From: Chrysomallon squamiferum
Lineage: Eukaryota > Animalia > Mollusca
Direction: 5' to 3'
Assembly (NCBI GenBank): GCA_012295275.1
Contig: CM022670.1
Location: forward strand, 35,278,001-35,342,000
Length of the DNA stretch: 64,000 nt
Each line of letters starts with the position of its first letter. Position 1 is the stretch's first letter. The notes beneath the pieces are model-generated. The model searched no databases. It had not been told where the DNA came from and worked only from the letters and a program-made list of their open reading frames with translations. Positions 1 to 16,735 of the stretch are shown here, one piece after another. The translations under genes were made by a program, and so were the position numbers.

Positions 1-77
1 TTAATATTACTGCTTTAGACTTCAGAAATGTGTCACTATGTGACAGGCTCAATTTATATTTGTGTATTTGCTTACAG

Positions 78-3000
78 ATATGTATTCTCTAATGGAATCA
101 TCTCAAATATTTGGAAGCTTCAGGCAGCACTGGCCAATATTTCTAGCAAAGTTAATCAATTCCAGTGTACCTTTAAGGTAGGTATTTTAGTCATTTGAAA
201 TTAAAACATAAGAAAAACAATATTATTTTAAATTTGACATACATCATTAAACTATTTTTTTTTTAAATCGAGGAATTTTGAAGTAATTAACCCAAAAGAA
301 GAGTTTAATTGGTGTTAACAAAGTTGAATAAAGAATTAAAATAACAAAAGAGTGTTTAATGATTGTGAAATAGACTGATTGACACAAACTGTTTATTACC
401 ACTGTGTTCTAAAAGACAGTGCATTGCTTTTCATAATGTTTTCAGGTACTGCTGTGCACAAGCCCAGAAGACATGGCTGGGATGATTAGGATATGCTGCA
501 ACCACTGTATAGAAACATCCTCTATTTGGATGGATGATAATTGGTGTAGGAAATGGATGAAAGAAGAAATGACTTTGGTACTAGTACTAGTCATTTCTTA
601 TCAATTTATTAGTTTTATTCTATCTTTCAGTTTTGTTTTAGTATTTTTGCTTTTTCTTCAGTTGTTTGTTACCAGTTTATTTCTTTTATGGTAGCTTTTC
701 AGCTTTGCTTTAGATTTCTATTTGTATTTACTTTAAACTATATGGAGTAGTATATCTAATGTGAACTGATTAATATGGTTCAGTAATTATTATTTATTTC
801 TTAAGTTCACATTATTTCATAAAAAAACACAAAAAATAACCTTAATTTGTTGTTTTTTTTTCAAATGATGTACCAGCATATTTTTCTTTCCAAAGGATCC
901 TATTTCATTTTACATTAAACAGGTTAATAGAATACATTCACACTGTTCTCATTATTTAGCATTGCTTTGTCATCATTGTTTGGTGATTTTTACAGGAAGA
1001 ATGCTGTCTCCTGGGTTTTCCTTGCTTCAGTTCATTTAGGTGAGAAATATCTGTGAATCCATTATCAAAAGTGCTTGATATGCCTTATTAATTTCAATTA
1101 TGAAAGGAAGAAAAAATAAATAAATAAAAAGTAAATTTATGAATAGGAAGAAATAGAAAATTATTTTCCTTTTTATTGTTTTTTTTGCTTTTGTAGTGCA
1201 CAGCTCATTCTAACAAGGGTTTCTCTAGGACACCTTCTGTCATCTGATTTTAAACATCTTCCAATTGTTATGCCTGAGTTACCAGAGAAAGTAAATAAGG
1301 TAAATGAATTGAGCACATTTGTCTTATAGTCTAATGCATATATATTAAATTTTGAACATTTAATTATTTTTTTGTAAAAAAATATATCTTAACAGTTATA
1401 TATGCATATATGCATTCAATTATATATAGTTATATATGCATTCAATTATAAAATTCTCAGTTAAAATATATAATAATTATTATTATTTATACATTTAATA
1501 AATTTCAATTTACAGCATTTCACATTTTTGGTCTTATGCGATTCTGGTTTGAAGTTACGAACTATTCCTCAAGAAAATGAGAATTTTAATAGACAGGGAT
1601 TAGAGCGTACTACATCAGGTCACAAACCTGATTTTAGGAATCAGATAAATAATTCAGTGTTCTCTAACAAAAACAGTAACTTTTCAGTCGATAAATCAGC
1701 TGATAAATATTTTCTAGAAAAAAGAGAGATAATTCCTCAATGTAAAGCAGATACAGTATTTGAGAATGTCTGTGGTAGTCAGGTATTACAAGATGTGTGT
1801 GTTAGTAAGAAAAAAGATTGTGACATGAAAACAATTACTTGTAATGTTGAAGGTAGCATGTCTTTGCCATGCATGGAGCAGTATGACCATCTCAATACTG
1901 AATGTGATGACAGTTTTGCCAGTTCTCAAGAATATGTCAAACCAAACCAATATGTCTTGGCAGAAATGGAAGCTAGAAACTTACAGACAAGAAAAAAAAT
2001 TTATTGTGCTAACATTCAAAACAGTGATCTGGATGATACAGATTTTGAAAATTCAATTGTAGTACATGCTCAAGGCAAAAACAAATTTTGTCATAGTTTA
2101 GCAGAATCAGAGGACATACTGAAAAAAACACCTTTTTCAAACCATTTTGTTAATTCTGGAAAATCAGAAGCAAAAGATACATTTAATAACATTTACAACA
2201 ATCATGATGGACACACCATGTCTAGATTAGTATCTCAAAATAGTAAACAAATTCCAAATGCTAGACAATTATATCAACCAGAAAGGTGTTCCAGAAGAAA
2301 CAGATTTGAAACACCAGAAAGTGAAAAAACACAATTTGATGTTAACTTCATCTCTTCAAACAAAGAAACTGAAAAACATTTTGGCAGGAAAACTGGGGCT
2401 TCGCTGTTTTTGCCAAGTGACAGTCTTTGGGGACAAGAAATATTAAGGTCAAGTCAGCTTCCGTTAACAAGATTTCAAGAAGATTCTGGAATGACACGCA
2501 GACCAGTTTTAAGTCATCACTTCCCTATTAGCAGGAAATTGCCATTGCAAAAAATTAGCGTAGGGCTTGCTCAACCACTTAGAAGAAATACTGAAAGTAA
2601 GAAATTTTACTGAAATGCATTAAGATAAAAGTAAAAAGAGAAAAACTGCAATCAGTTCAGTTTAAAAATCCACTGAACATACATGCTTAGTTTTATTTTC
2701 AACATTTTAAAGGCTTATTCTATAATACTGCAAAAACACAATTAAGTTTTACACTATCTTACTTGTTGAGTTCAGTCAGCAATGTTTACTACTTATTTTT
2801 TATGAAGCAGTGAAGACTGCTGGGCCCCAGAGTGATCAGACTGAATACAGGATAAGAAATACTGATTCTCCTCCCATGGACCTTGAACCTGAATATCAAA
2901 CAGCAGATCAACACCTTAATTATGCAGACAGCAAGGTGACTGAAAACTCTATGGGTATTTGCAATATTTTTGTTGTAGAATGCAACATTATTTATATACT

Positions 3001-3812
3001 ATAAATCTATGCTCAATTCTTATTCTCCCCAACTATTCCCCATCTATGTATATATATGTAAACTGTTAAAAAAAAAAAATATTATTGTAGGGGATAGATG
3101 GGGGAGGGGAAATAAGAATTAAGCATAGATTTATAGTATATAAATAATGTTGCATTCTATAATATTCCAATATTTTATTAATATTCCAGAGGTAAAAAAT
3201 TAAAAAAGAATGATAACTTTATTATTCTAATGAATATAAAATAACTTTTACTCATTTATGTGCTGTTAAGAACATTTCTAAAATGTTAAGTTTTCAATTA
3301 AATTATACTTTTTATTGTTTTATAAGAAGGTAAAATTTATTACTAAACTTTACAGGATAGATCATGTTTGTTCTCTGAAAATGGGCTTCTACAAAAATGT
3401 CTTGCTACTGAAGGTTTGTGAAAACAATTACTATTTTTTTTTAAATAAAGACAGAGTTAACAAACTAATTAATATCTTTTTCTAGATTTCAAACAGATCT
3501 GTTTTGTTTTTTTAATTTAAAAAAAGAAGAAACAGTAAATATATGATCTGAAATTTACATTTTCAAAATGCCTTGTGTATTAGTTTATTTAGAGAAAATA
3601 ATATTTTACTCATTCTGTAACAATATTTTGAACATTCATTCTTAAGACATTGCATTATATTATTATTATTTTATTATTTAAATTTAGATGAGAATGATGT
3701 CACTGGAGGAAATCATAGTATGGAAAACACTGGGACATCTAAAAAGAAGAAATTGTCTTACCAGCCACTTCCAGGAAAAACATATGGACAAACAGTTTTA
3801 ACTTTCAAATAA
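78..3812 (+). CDS. SHOC1: SHOC1 / C9orf84 / ZIP2-like meiotic crossover protein (XPF-like), 3' portion; the gene starts upstream of the window
   Basis: Hand-spliced GT-AG exons with consistent phases: 78-177, 446-577, 996-1039, 1197-1299, 1516-2596, 2811-2935, 3356-3413, 3688-3812 (TAA 3810-3812). The translation includes EECCLLGFPCFSSFSAQLILTRVSLGHLLSSDFKHLPIVMPELPEKVNKHF, resembling the SHOC1 HhH-like segment as recalled (EE..LL.FP...P..AQL.L...LPE.PEKV.KHF). The C-terminus KKKKLSYQPLPGKTYGQTVLTFK* resembles the recalled vertebrate SHOC1 end ([23 protein letters not shown]). Boundaries of exons 5-7 are less certain. Confidence 0.85.
1516..2596 (+). CDS. SHOC1: Large, poorly conserved internal exon of SHOC1 (the 361-aa ORF in the track)
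   Basis: Acceptor tttacag|CATTTC at 1516 is in frame with ORF 1528-2613. Donor GAAA|gtaaga after 2596 is phase 1 and matches the exon at 2811. Confidence 0.75.
2976..3159. repeat. Foldback inverted repeat (MITE-like) in a SHOC1 intron
   Basis: Left arm tagaatgcaacattatttatatactataaatctatgctcaattcttatt.. is the near-perfect reverse complement of right arm ..aataagaattaagcatagatttatagtatataaataatgttgcattcta (about 50 bp arms, plus an inner ccccatcta/tagatgggg pairing). Confidence 0.8.
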
Positions 3813-4216
3813 AGATTAAGCCTTTGATAAGAAAAATATTTTAAAAATTAAATGCAACTCTGGTCTATAGTTAAAAGTAAAGGTCTTTTGGGTCCCTCCT
3901 GTGATTGACATGTCAAATAGATAAAAATATACTTTTGTAGAATTATGAAGTAAAATTATTTCATTTCAAACTATCTGATTTGTAAGCTTAAGGACAATGC
4001 ATGATTTATTCAGTCATGTGGTAGCTATTGTTCACTGTCAGTGTAAAGGTTCCTTGACCAGTGTCATCTATATTATTTTTAATACCTTCACAGATTGAGT
4101 TTTAAGGAAAGTTAAATTCTGTAGTAAATAATGTATTACTTATGATGATGAACAATTTTATTACATAATTTTCTCATCAGTGTACAGTACATAATTAGGT
4201 TTGTTACTTGCTTTGG

Positions 4217-6253
4217 CTATAAGAAAAATTTTCTGCGACTGGTCTCCATTTCATGTCGCTGAAAAACAAAAAACATTCATATATTACTATTTTATTCAGA
4301 AATTAAATTTCAATGAAAAATCAACATTAAAATAAAAAGAAAAAAAACAAAGACTACTGGTTGTATCTTATCAAAGTTAAACAGAAATGATGAAAATTAA
4401 TTTTGAAAAATAAATCCAAAAGTGATTAGAACTCACTTTGTGTATCCATTCATATTCACCAAACTTTGAGTCAAATGTTCCTTTTTGTAATGATCTCAAT
4501 TTGAGTGTGAAACGAGGCCCAAGTTCTTGTATTCCAACTTTCTTGGCATTTCTAAATATATACCTGCAAAATAAAGACAGATTTATGTGAAATTAATTAA
4601 AACTAAAAAAATCTTTAAAAATACTGCTAAAGTGCTATGGAGAAAATGGATTCTGAAAAAGACATTGGCAATAAAAATGAATTATATTGTTCTATCTCAA
4701 AATACCCCTTTTTTCTTTCTTTTGTCATAATTTAAATGAACAAACACTATAAAATTTACCTGTGATGTCTGAAAAAAATGAAGTCTCTCTGATTGTGAAA
4801 TGTAACAACTCTTCGTCCATGGAAGTGTGGATCATGTGGAAACAAGGTTGCCAGCAGACGACCAACACTATGTCCCAGTCTTGTGTTGAAATTATTGAGA
4901 ATTACTTCTGGATAATGTGGTGACATGCGTCCTACTTTCTGTAAGAAAACAGCAACAACTTCAAGATAATGTCTGATTAACTGCTGCAAGCAATTCAGGC
5001 AAATAATAAACAAAATATATTCAAACTGGAAAATCGTCTCAGATTTTCTCATAAATTAAGTACACCAGAATATGATTATAATAATGTAGTAAAAATTGGT
5101 AACAGTAATATATATATTTTTTTATTAGTAGTATTTATTTATTTTATAATATCTAAATATTAAAGAAAATTACCTTTATTTCTGTAGAAAGACGTACATT
5201 ACTCATTTTGAAATGAGCTGTAGGACCATCAGGCAAATGTGTCATGACTAACCCATCTGAACACAGTTAAGGAACTTAAACATATATATATATCATTGTT
5301 AGTAAAAATTAACAGAGAAAGATAAAAAAAAAAATTAAAAAAAATATCAAAGATAATGATTTGTGAAAGAATTTTTTTTAACTAAACTAATATTTAGTAA
5401 ACTCTTCTAATGAAAGGATATTTGGAATTTTTCTGTCTTCATTAACAACCAGTATATCAGTGAAGTCTCTAGCCATTGCTTGAGGTATGATTTTCTTCAA
5501 ATCAAGACCTCGTCTGTATTTTATCACAGATGTGGGAAAAACTTGTTTAAGTTCCTTGCAGAATTTATTAGTTCGCTGAAACAGTAAAAGTAAGACTCAG
5601 TTTTGATATTACCATTTTTAATTCAGTTATTTATTCTATTTCCAAATACAGCAGATATAAGATATATTTTACATACATTAATTACTATGATGTGCAAAGT
5701 TGGCACGACATTCATTCAAACATTAACCTGATACAGAATGGTAAGTCTCCCATGCATCATATAATTATCTATTTTTAATTCAGTTGTTTATTCTATTTCC
5801 AAATACAGCAGATATAAGATATATTTTACATACATTTTTACTATGATGTAAAATGAAAAACAGTATACATTCATTCAAACATTGACCTGACACAGAATGG
5901 TGTTGATTCTCTGTTGATCATATAATTATCTATTTCAATGGATGCACATATTTATTATTTATTAACAAAACCATGTATTTTCATAAGGGTAGGCAATTTT
6001 TGAAAAAAAATGATTCAGGTCTGCCCATAACATGGTCTGTCTAATTTTGTTGTTATCAAAAAAGGATTTTTTTATTTTGATTCTCTGTTGAAATATGATG
6101 ACATTTATCTTAGCTTCATCTTATATATATCTAACAAAACAAAGATTTGCATTAGCTGAGTATATTTATTGAAAATGATATAGGTCTATATATAATATAT
6201 ATGTAAAATTTATATATTTATATAGTTCTCTTCAAAACAGATTTAATTATATA

Positions 6254-6298
<45 letters not shown>

Positions 6299-8302
6299 TT
6301 AACAACAATTTTTTTCACTTCAATCTGGAATGACTGTTTTAAATAAAAATAAAAATTCTATCAAAAAGGTGTTTCCAGTTTAAAGGGGAAATAATGATTT
6401 TATCTTCTGTCATGAAAGATATGCCTCCCACCTCAAAAAAACTAAATATATAATAAAAATAAGTAAATAAATAACAGTTATTTTCCCTTCAAACTGGAAT
6501 AACTGTTTTAAATAAACACATTATGGAAACCGAGCATCCATTAAATTATATTTATGATGAATAAATTAGTAAAAAAAAAGAATTTTTTTTTTTTTTTTTT
6601 TAAACGTACATATGTATTGTAAGATAAACGAAAAAAAGAACATCTGAAATTATAACTGTGATAAATATATGATAAAAGAATTTTTATGTAACTTATATTG
6701 GTAAAGAACTGTTGCTGCTTATCACATCAATAAGACAATAAAAATAATTTTGTAATTATCATAAATGATTTTTTTTGGTTTTTTAATTTTACAAAAATGA
6801 TCAATTCTTATTTGGATACATAGTATTTGGTGATATGTTTCAAACAATGTGATATATTTTTAATTTTACAAAAAGTAAAATGATTTTGTTTCTTCATTAC
6901 TCACCTCTTCATCTTGTGGATTTACCATTGTCTCATCAAAAATTCTTGTGTTTTCCAGAGTTTTAGGAACCTTCTTGGGAGGTGCCTATTGAAATGTATA
7001 TATATATTATTATATACAAGTATTCCATGCTTACTCAGAAAAACATGAAATCACTAAAATGTCACAAAACCACAAATTGAAATTAAAAAGTATTTATACT
7101 TTAATGATGTTGTAATGCAATTTATGTTAATTTAAAATTAATTTTATATTTATTTCAACAATATAAAAATTACAATTCAACATTATAATTTATATGTAGA
7201 AAAAAAACCTATCTGTTACCTCATCTCCCATTGCTTTGGCTTCTTTTTGTCTTTTCTTTTTTAATTCATTCTTTAGCTGTCAGGGAGGAAAAAATATCTT
7301 ATTAAGCATAAATAATTGATAAATTAAACAGTTTAATAGCAGTATGCCTGTTCACATTTTATGATTCAAATGCTGCTGAAACCAGATCTTGATTCATGAT
7401 TGAAAGAAAATGGTTTGGTTTATAATTATATAAGGTGATTGATTTGCTGAAATAAATAATGAAAAATTATTAAAACATTTGTCCACTGTTGTCTACATTT
7501 TAAATAATTATTTACTAATTTAGTCTCAAGTAAACTACTGACTCCTTCTTGATGTCAGGATGAGCTTACATCATACATGTATCATGATTATGTATCATGA
7601 GCATACATGACAATATGAGGAATTTAGATTCACAATATTTATTATTTTTATATTATTATTATAGACTTATAGTTACGGCTCGTGTCATAAGTTTTCATCA
7701 AATTTAATTTCAAGTATTAAGACGAGCTTCATCTGATGGCACAACACTACCAGTGCCACACACTGTGACACAGTAACGCTATATAATTTCACTAAGAAAA
7801 GCACCAGTCATTAATGATTAAATATATAAATAATTAGTATCATTCATTGTATGTATATATGTATGCCGTGTGTGTGTGTGTGTGTGTGTGCAAAGGTTTT
7901 GTCATTAATCATTTAATGATTAAACTTAAAACTAATATTCTCAATGGGCTTCATTACTGAATGAACATAGCTTTTCATGCATCGGTACTACCGATTACTA
8001 AACGTTTAATACTAACAGTGACAATGTAACACTCGTTACACTGTGACTGTACAGTACAGAGTTCTCAGTACTGTGTCCGAGACTACAACTTCAAGAACTT
8101 GAACAACTACAACGATTTGAAGACGACTTACCTTTCTTTTTTGACGTTTCATTTCACGATAAAGTTCAGTACGACGTTGCTTATTTTTAACCGCTGATAT
8201 GTTCGGTGTCGGAATAACCTGAGTATGTACAACATCTTCATTTTCAGTATTCTTTTCCACTTTTGGCTTTTTGAGAACCATGCTGCTTGTTTCAGACGCC
8301 AT
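4217..8302 (-). CDS. RPF1: Ribosome production factor 1 (Brix domain, BXDC5), about 330 aa
   Basis: Exons on the minus strand: 8302-8132 (MASETSS..KRQKRK), 7276-7220, 6985-6905 ([21 protein letters not shown]), about 6130-6025 (frame-broken), 5575-5422 ([16 protein letters not shown]), 5256-5174 ([17 protein letters not shown]), 4938-4760 ([31 protein letters not shown]), 4563-4437 ([17 protein letters not shown], the Brix signature), 4258-4217 ([13 protein letters not shown]). All intact exons have matching phases. Confidence 0.95.
5257..5421 (-). other. U12-type (minor spliceosome) intron with AT-AG termini in RPF1
   Basis: The minus-strand 5' end reads ATATCCTTT (U12 donor consensus). Branch point TTCCTTAAC lies just before the 3' end ..tgtgttcAG. 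Removing the intron joins CCA A|AT GGG to give the conserved EDRKIPNGL. Confidence 0.9.
5614..5935. repeat. Tandem duplication (about 160 bp x2) in an RPF1 intron
   Basis: ttttaattcagtt(a/g)tttattctatttccaaatacagcagatataagatatattttacatacatt..cattcattcaaacatt(a/g)acctga(t/c)acagaatggt..atataattatctattt occurs at about 5615 and about 5773. Confidence 0.85.
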
Positions 8303-8601
8303 TTTATTTTTGTTTAAAGGGGGTATTGATTTATGATTGAAAATGCGAAAGAAAATGTGTAAAAATAAAAATAATAACAACAACAGTAAAACTATGATAA
8401 ATTCATATGATAAAATATAAATATTAGTTAAGTATTCTTTTGCCGGTTTATTTCAAACAGCTATGTGTTATTTAATAATATATTCAGTTACAATATCTAC
8501 TCCCCGGATAAAGGGAACTAATCCTTCTTTTCCTTTTGTTTTATATTTCTTCCCAACGACTAGAGCACCACTTTAAATCCTTTGAGTATTGTTCTTCCAT
8601 T

Positions 8602-8663
<62 letters not shown>

Positions 8664-9139
8664 TTGTTTTAATTAAATAAGAAATAGCCCACAAAATTAC
8701 TCATTCTTCTTCGTGTTGTTGTTGTTTATTGTTATTATTATCATTAAATTGATTATTAACAGTTCGTAGAACGTGGCTATTTATCATTTCAGATATTTTT
8801 CTGTTTCTATAAATACACAACATTCAAAGTTAATTTAACAATTTAACAGCTGAAGTAACCGAAAACGTGAGTAAAAAAAAGTAAAATAAAATACTCTGCA
8901 AAAGTTATTATAGATAATTATTTTTCAGATTTTGAACATAGAGAATTAAATATATAGCATTTGAAATCCACAGTTTACTCTTCTTTTATAACGGACAGAT
9001 GTGAATAATATCTCCTGATTTTGCCATCAAAATCGACTGTTGTATAGTTGTCGAGATAGGAAAAGACACCCACGCCAATACATCACAACGTTATAATTTT
9101 GTTAGATAAATATATAGACAGGTAGGCACGTGTGTATGT

Positions 9140-9315
9140 GTTAGTGTGTGTGTATGTGCGTGTGTCTATGTGTGTGAGTGTGTGTGTAAGCGTATAGCTA
9201 AATAGATAGATAGATAAATCGATATATAGCTAGACAGATAGACACAAAGACATACAGACACAGGTAGAAAAGAAGATAGATATACACAGAAAGAGAGAGA
9301 GCGAGCGAGAGAGCG

Positions 9316-9404
<89 letters not shown>

Positions 9405-9825
9405 GCATGCAAAACGAACGAAATGATTGCAGAGCAGGATTGTTGTATTCTGAATAATTTTATTACGTCAGAACCATAGAGAATGTGCCATAATGGAAAA
9501 TGTAATTTTTGTTCCTGCATTTTACGGAAATTGATTATACCGTAAGCAGGGAATTTAATATTCGCGTACTTATTCAATAAAACAAAAGATAATTTCTCGT
9601 CGTCTTCTGCTTCTTAACTTTTGATCGCGGGCGTCTTGCCTACTCTTAGGATAGAAAGGCTCCATTTTTTTTTTTTTTTTTCGATCTGTTGCGTTTTCTT
9701 TGTTATCTCTGCCTTAAAATATTTTGTTGTGATATTTTGCAGCCTGGCTGTCTCTGGCTTCAGTGGAAGGTGATAACAAATTTCTTTGTTTATCATGACT
9801 TCTACCTTGTATGCCTGCCTGTAAA

Positions 9826-9912
<87 letters not shown>

Positions 9913-10160
9913 TTGGGTATAAAATATAAACGTATGTGCCTACATACCTACCAGCCTACCTACATACATACATTACACACACACACACATACATACATAC
10001 ATACATACATACATACATACATACATACATACATACATACATACATACATACATACATACATACATACATACATACATACATACACACAAATATACACAC
10101 ACACACACATACATACACATACGTAAACATGAGGGTATAAATATATACACATATATATAT
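9140..10160. repeat. Microsatellite cluster: (GA)n about 9293-9400, (CA)n about 9830-9909, (TACA)n about 9990-10085
   Basis: Directly visible; it generates the spurious SLSL, HTHT and CVCV ORFs. Confidence 0.95.
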
Positions 10161-11360
10161 AGGTAGAAGTTCAACAAACTACTATCATCTTACAGTATAT
10201 GTGTGCCAAGTTCATTTGTTAGAATTTTTTTTCTTTCTCTCGGTTAAAATTAGTCAAACTAGGAGGAGCTTGTTCTTTCAATAGACAGAAGGTTTCGCAA
10301 TACAAATTTCGACTCCGCTATTTTTACACATCCCGTTTGCACTTTGTTGTACTATTTATCTTACGTTTCCTACAATTTTATTTTAATAATGTGTATGTCA
10401 TTTCAAGATAACTTCTTTTAAACTTTGTTTATTTCTTTTTCATAGAGATTGGTTCAGAGTATGTATATCTATTGCTGACAGACAACAATGTTTTTATTTT
10501 TTATTTTTGTTTCTTTGTTTCTTTTGAAATCTTTGGTTCAGTCAGAATACACTTTGAGTCTTTAATTAATTCTTTACATGTAACGACTGTTATCAGGATC
10601 CAGACTTGACGTTGTGATGTAAACGTTATTACACGATGTTCTGATGATAACGAAGTTCTACCGGCTTCAACTTTCCAAATCGGTTTACTTGTCGAGGTGT
10701 ACCGAACAGAGAGACACTAATGAAATCTGACTGAACAAGAAATCTCAAGCCAGTATATCGATCAAGAAAATTCGTCTCTTCCTGTCCCCTGGGGTGAATA
10801 ATATCGTCATTCTAATCAATAGGATGACGTCGTGTTTATTCTACATTCATCACTTCTTGACTAATACTGTGGGGGAAAGTGCACCTGAACTAGATTTTAT
10901 TGCTGATGGTGTTGATTTTGTCACCAAATCTGCTGACTGAGCTGTTATGTATTGGGCATCTAAAAGATAAACATTTATTAAAGTTGTCAAACGTGCAAAT
11001 GGCTTAAATCGGATTTAATCCTTCCAGTGTTACTGGCTGATGTTGCTGACGCACATTATTTGTTAAAATTAAAAATGACAGTAGAATAAGGGTTAAGGTC
11101 ATGAGGATGAATGGAGATCGACATTTTTATTTTTATATACTAAAACCTAACAACAAACAACAACAGAATAAATAAACAAATAAACAAACAAACAAATAAA
11201 CAAACAAATAAATAAATAAATAAATAAATAAATAAGTAAGTAAGTAAGTAAATAAATAAATAAATAAAATCTCAGAAATTGTGTAAATCATTATCCTTTG
11301 TCCGCTTTCTCAGTACAATATATTTATCACCGATTGTTAATTGTTATGTACCATCATAAG

Positions 11361-11684
11361 CAGTGCTGGATTTATTGTGCTAGTCGGCCATAGGCTACAG
11401 AAATATTACCGCCCCCTCTTCAAGCCCACTTCACCCTTCCCACAATAGGTATTTATTCTCAGTGATAATAATTTAACTGAATTAGGTCAAAAGAGCCCAA
11501 ATTTTAACAAAGGGCGCACAGCTCGATAATTTAACGCACAATTTCGTAAAAAAAGAGCCCAGCTGTGCGCGAAAGACACAAAGTTGGCAACACTGGCCAG
11601 TAACAATTTTCATAAACTGCTGCCAATATCATCCTGCCGCCTCAGGCTCTAGCCTAGAAAGCCTACATGGGAAATCCGGTCTTG
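11361..11684. mobile_element. Non-autonomous hAT-type MITE (324 bp) with an 8-bp target-site duplication
   Basis: Identical ATCATAAG flanks at 11353-11360 and 11685-11692. Imperfect TIRs CAGTGCTGGATTT / reverse complement CAAGACCGGATTT, with a shared subterminal taggcta(c/g)ag. An 8-bp TSD with CA..TG ends is typical of hAT. Confidence 0.8.
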
Positions 11685-12278
11685 ATCATAAGGACCCTTT
11701 AACAAAAGTAACTAATTCGAGCTGTACAATTTTATTTTGAATGTATTATTCCAGTCCTCTGTCCGATATTGTTACAAAGGAATCGTGGAGTATTTTATAA
11801 TGACACATTCTGTACACGTGAAAGTAAGTACAAACACTGAGTCAAAAACTGCATAGAATTAGAGAGACCTGAATAAATTCTTGCAGTGTATATAATACAC
11901 ACACATATATATATTGTATACTGACATGAGCATAGTTTTAAAAATGTATATTTGATTGCCTCAAACAAATATTCAAAATACTGTAGATTTCTATGTAGTT
12001 GTTTTATTATTGGCGATCAGTCTTTGCTGACAATAACGTATGAAACAAAAAAAAATATATATTATAACGAAAATATCAATATTCATAGACAAACTGAAGA
12101 GTAACTTGGAAATGCAAGGTATTAAGATAATTTATTTATATGGTCAGAGATTTTAAATTCAAAATAGACTTTAAGGAATAAGTTAATACAATGACAAACC
12201 TACACAGTTTAAAATAATGAGGAAACATTAAACAGAGCAAACAGTCGACATGAAAAGGAATTTAAAGTAGTAGTTTCT

Positions 12279-12280
<2 letters not shown>

Positions 12281-12340
<60 letters not shown>

Positions 12341-12480
12341 ATGTATGTATGTATGTAATGTTTGTATGTATGTATTATGTATGTATGTATGTATGTATGT
12401 ATGTATGTATGTATGTATGTATGTATGTATGTATGTATGTATGTATGTATGTATGTATGTATGTATATGTATGTATGTAT
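12281..12480. repeat. (AAT)n plus (TATG)n microsatellites
   Basis: Directly visible. Confidence 0.95.
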
Positions 12481-12686
12481 GCCTGAATGCATGTATAATG
12501 TATGTGTACGTGTGTGTGCGTGTTTTTATTTTTATTTTTTATTTTTTTGCCATACTATTCAACATTAGTTTTTGGCAATTAATCATATGGAAACACTTTA
12601 AATGGATAATCACATTTCTTTGTATCACTTTCAACGTCTGCATACAGTGCATTGTTTTCACTCGGACAAACACAGTTGTGTTCGTC

Positions 12687-16065
<3,379 letters not shown>

Positions 16066-16671
16066 TTTTGAACACTGTCACTTCTAGGAAGGATAATGAT
16101 GATGATGGTAGATATATTTTTTTTTGAGAAAGTCTGAAAAAGACAAAAGAAAAATGTTAAAAGTTAAATAATCGTGTATTTTTTTTATTTATTTATTCAT
16201 CGGTTACGAACTACCTAAATAACATCACGTGGTGTGATCTCGTGACCTGGACGAGATTTGACAGAAACAGTTCAGCGCGTGATTGCTCGGCATGGTGCTG
16301 TTGAGAAAAGGTTTCAATCCAGCAGACGAGTCAATCGAGTCGGTCACCGTCAGGTCGCGTCGCGCGCTCTGATGACAGAACCTGACAGAGCGGGTTAAAA
16401 CAGCGAGAATGTTGAATGAGTCGCGGAAAGGCCGAGTGCGTTGCTAAGGGTGCTTGTAAATAAGTAAAATAACCAAATGAATGAATGCATACACACCAAT
16501 CTACGTGTACAAATATATATATATATATAAATAATCATAATCATAAACGTTCAAAATGTTGGGTTTTTTTTTTTATAATTGATTGGATTTTGTCTCCAAA
16601 AAAAATAAAAAAAATAAATGTCTTTTAAATATGTTTGAAAATATGTATTCATTATTGTTGTGTTATTATTT

Positions 16672-16735
<64 letters not shown>

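Noticed and set aside
16230-16450. GC-rich patch upstream of the GPCR coding exon as a possible RNA gene
   Set aside because: No tRNA cloverleaf, A/B boxes or snRNA motif could be recognised. It may be regulatory, but this is unsupported.
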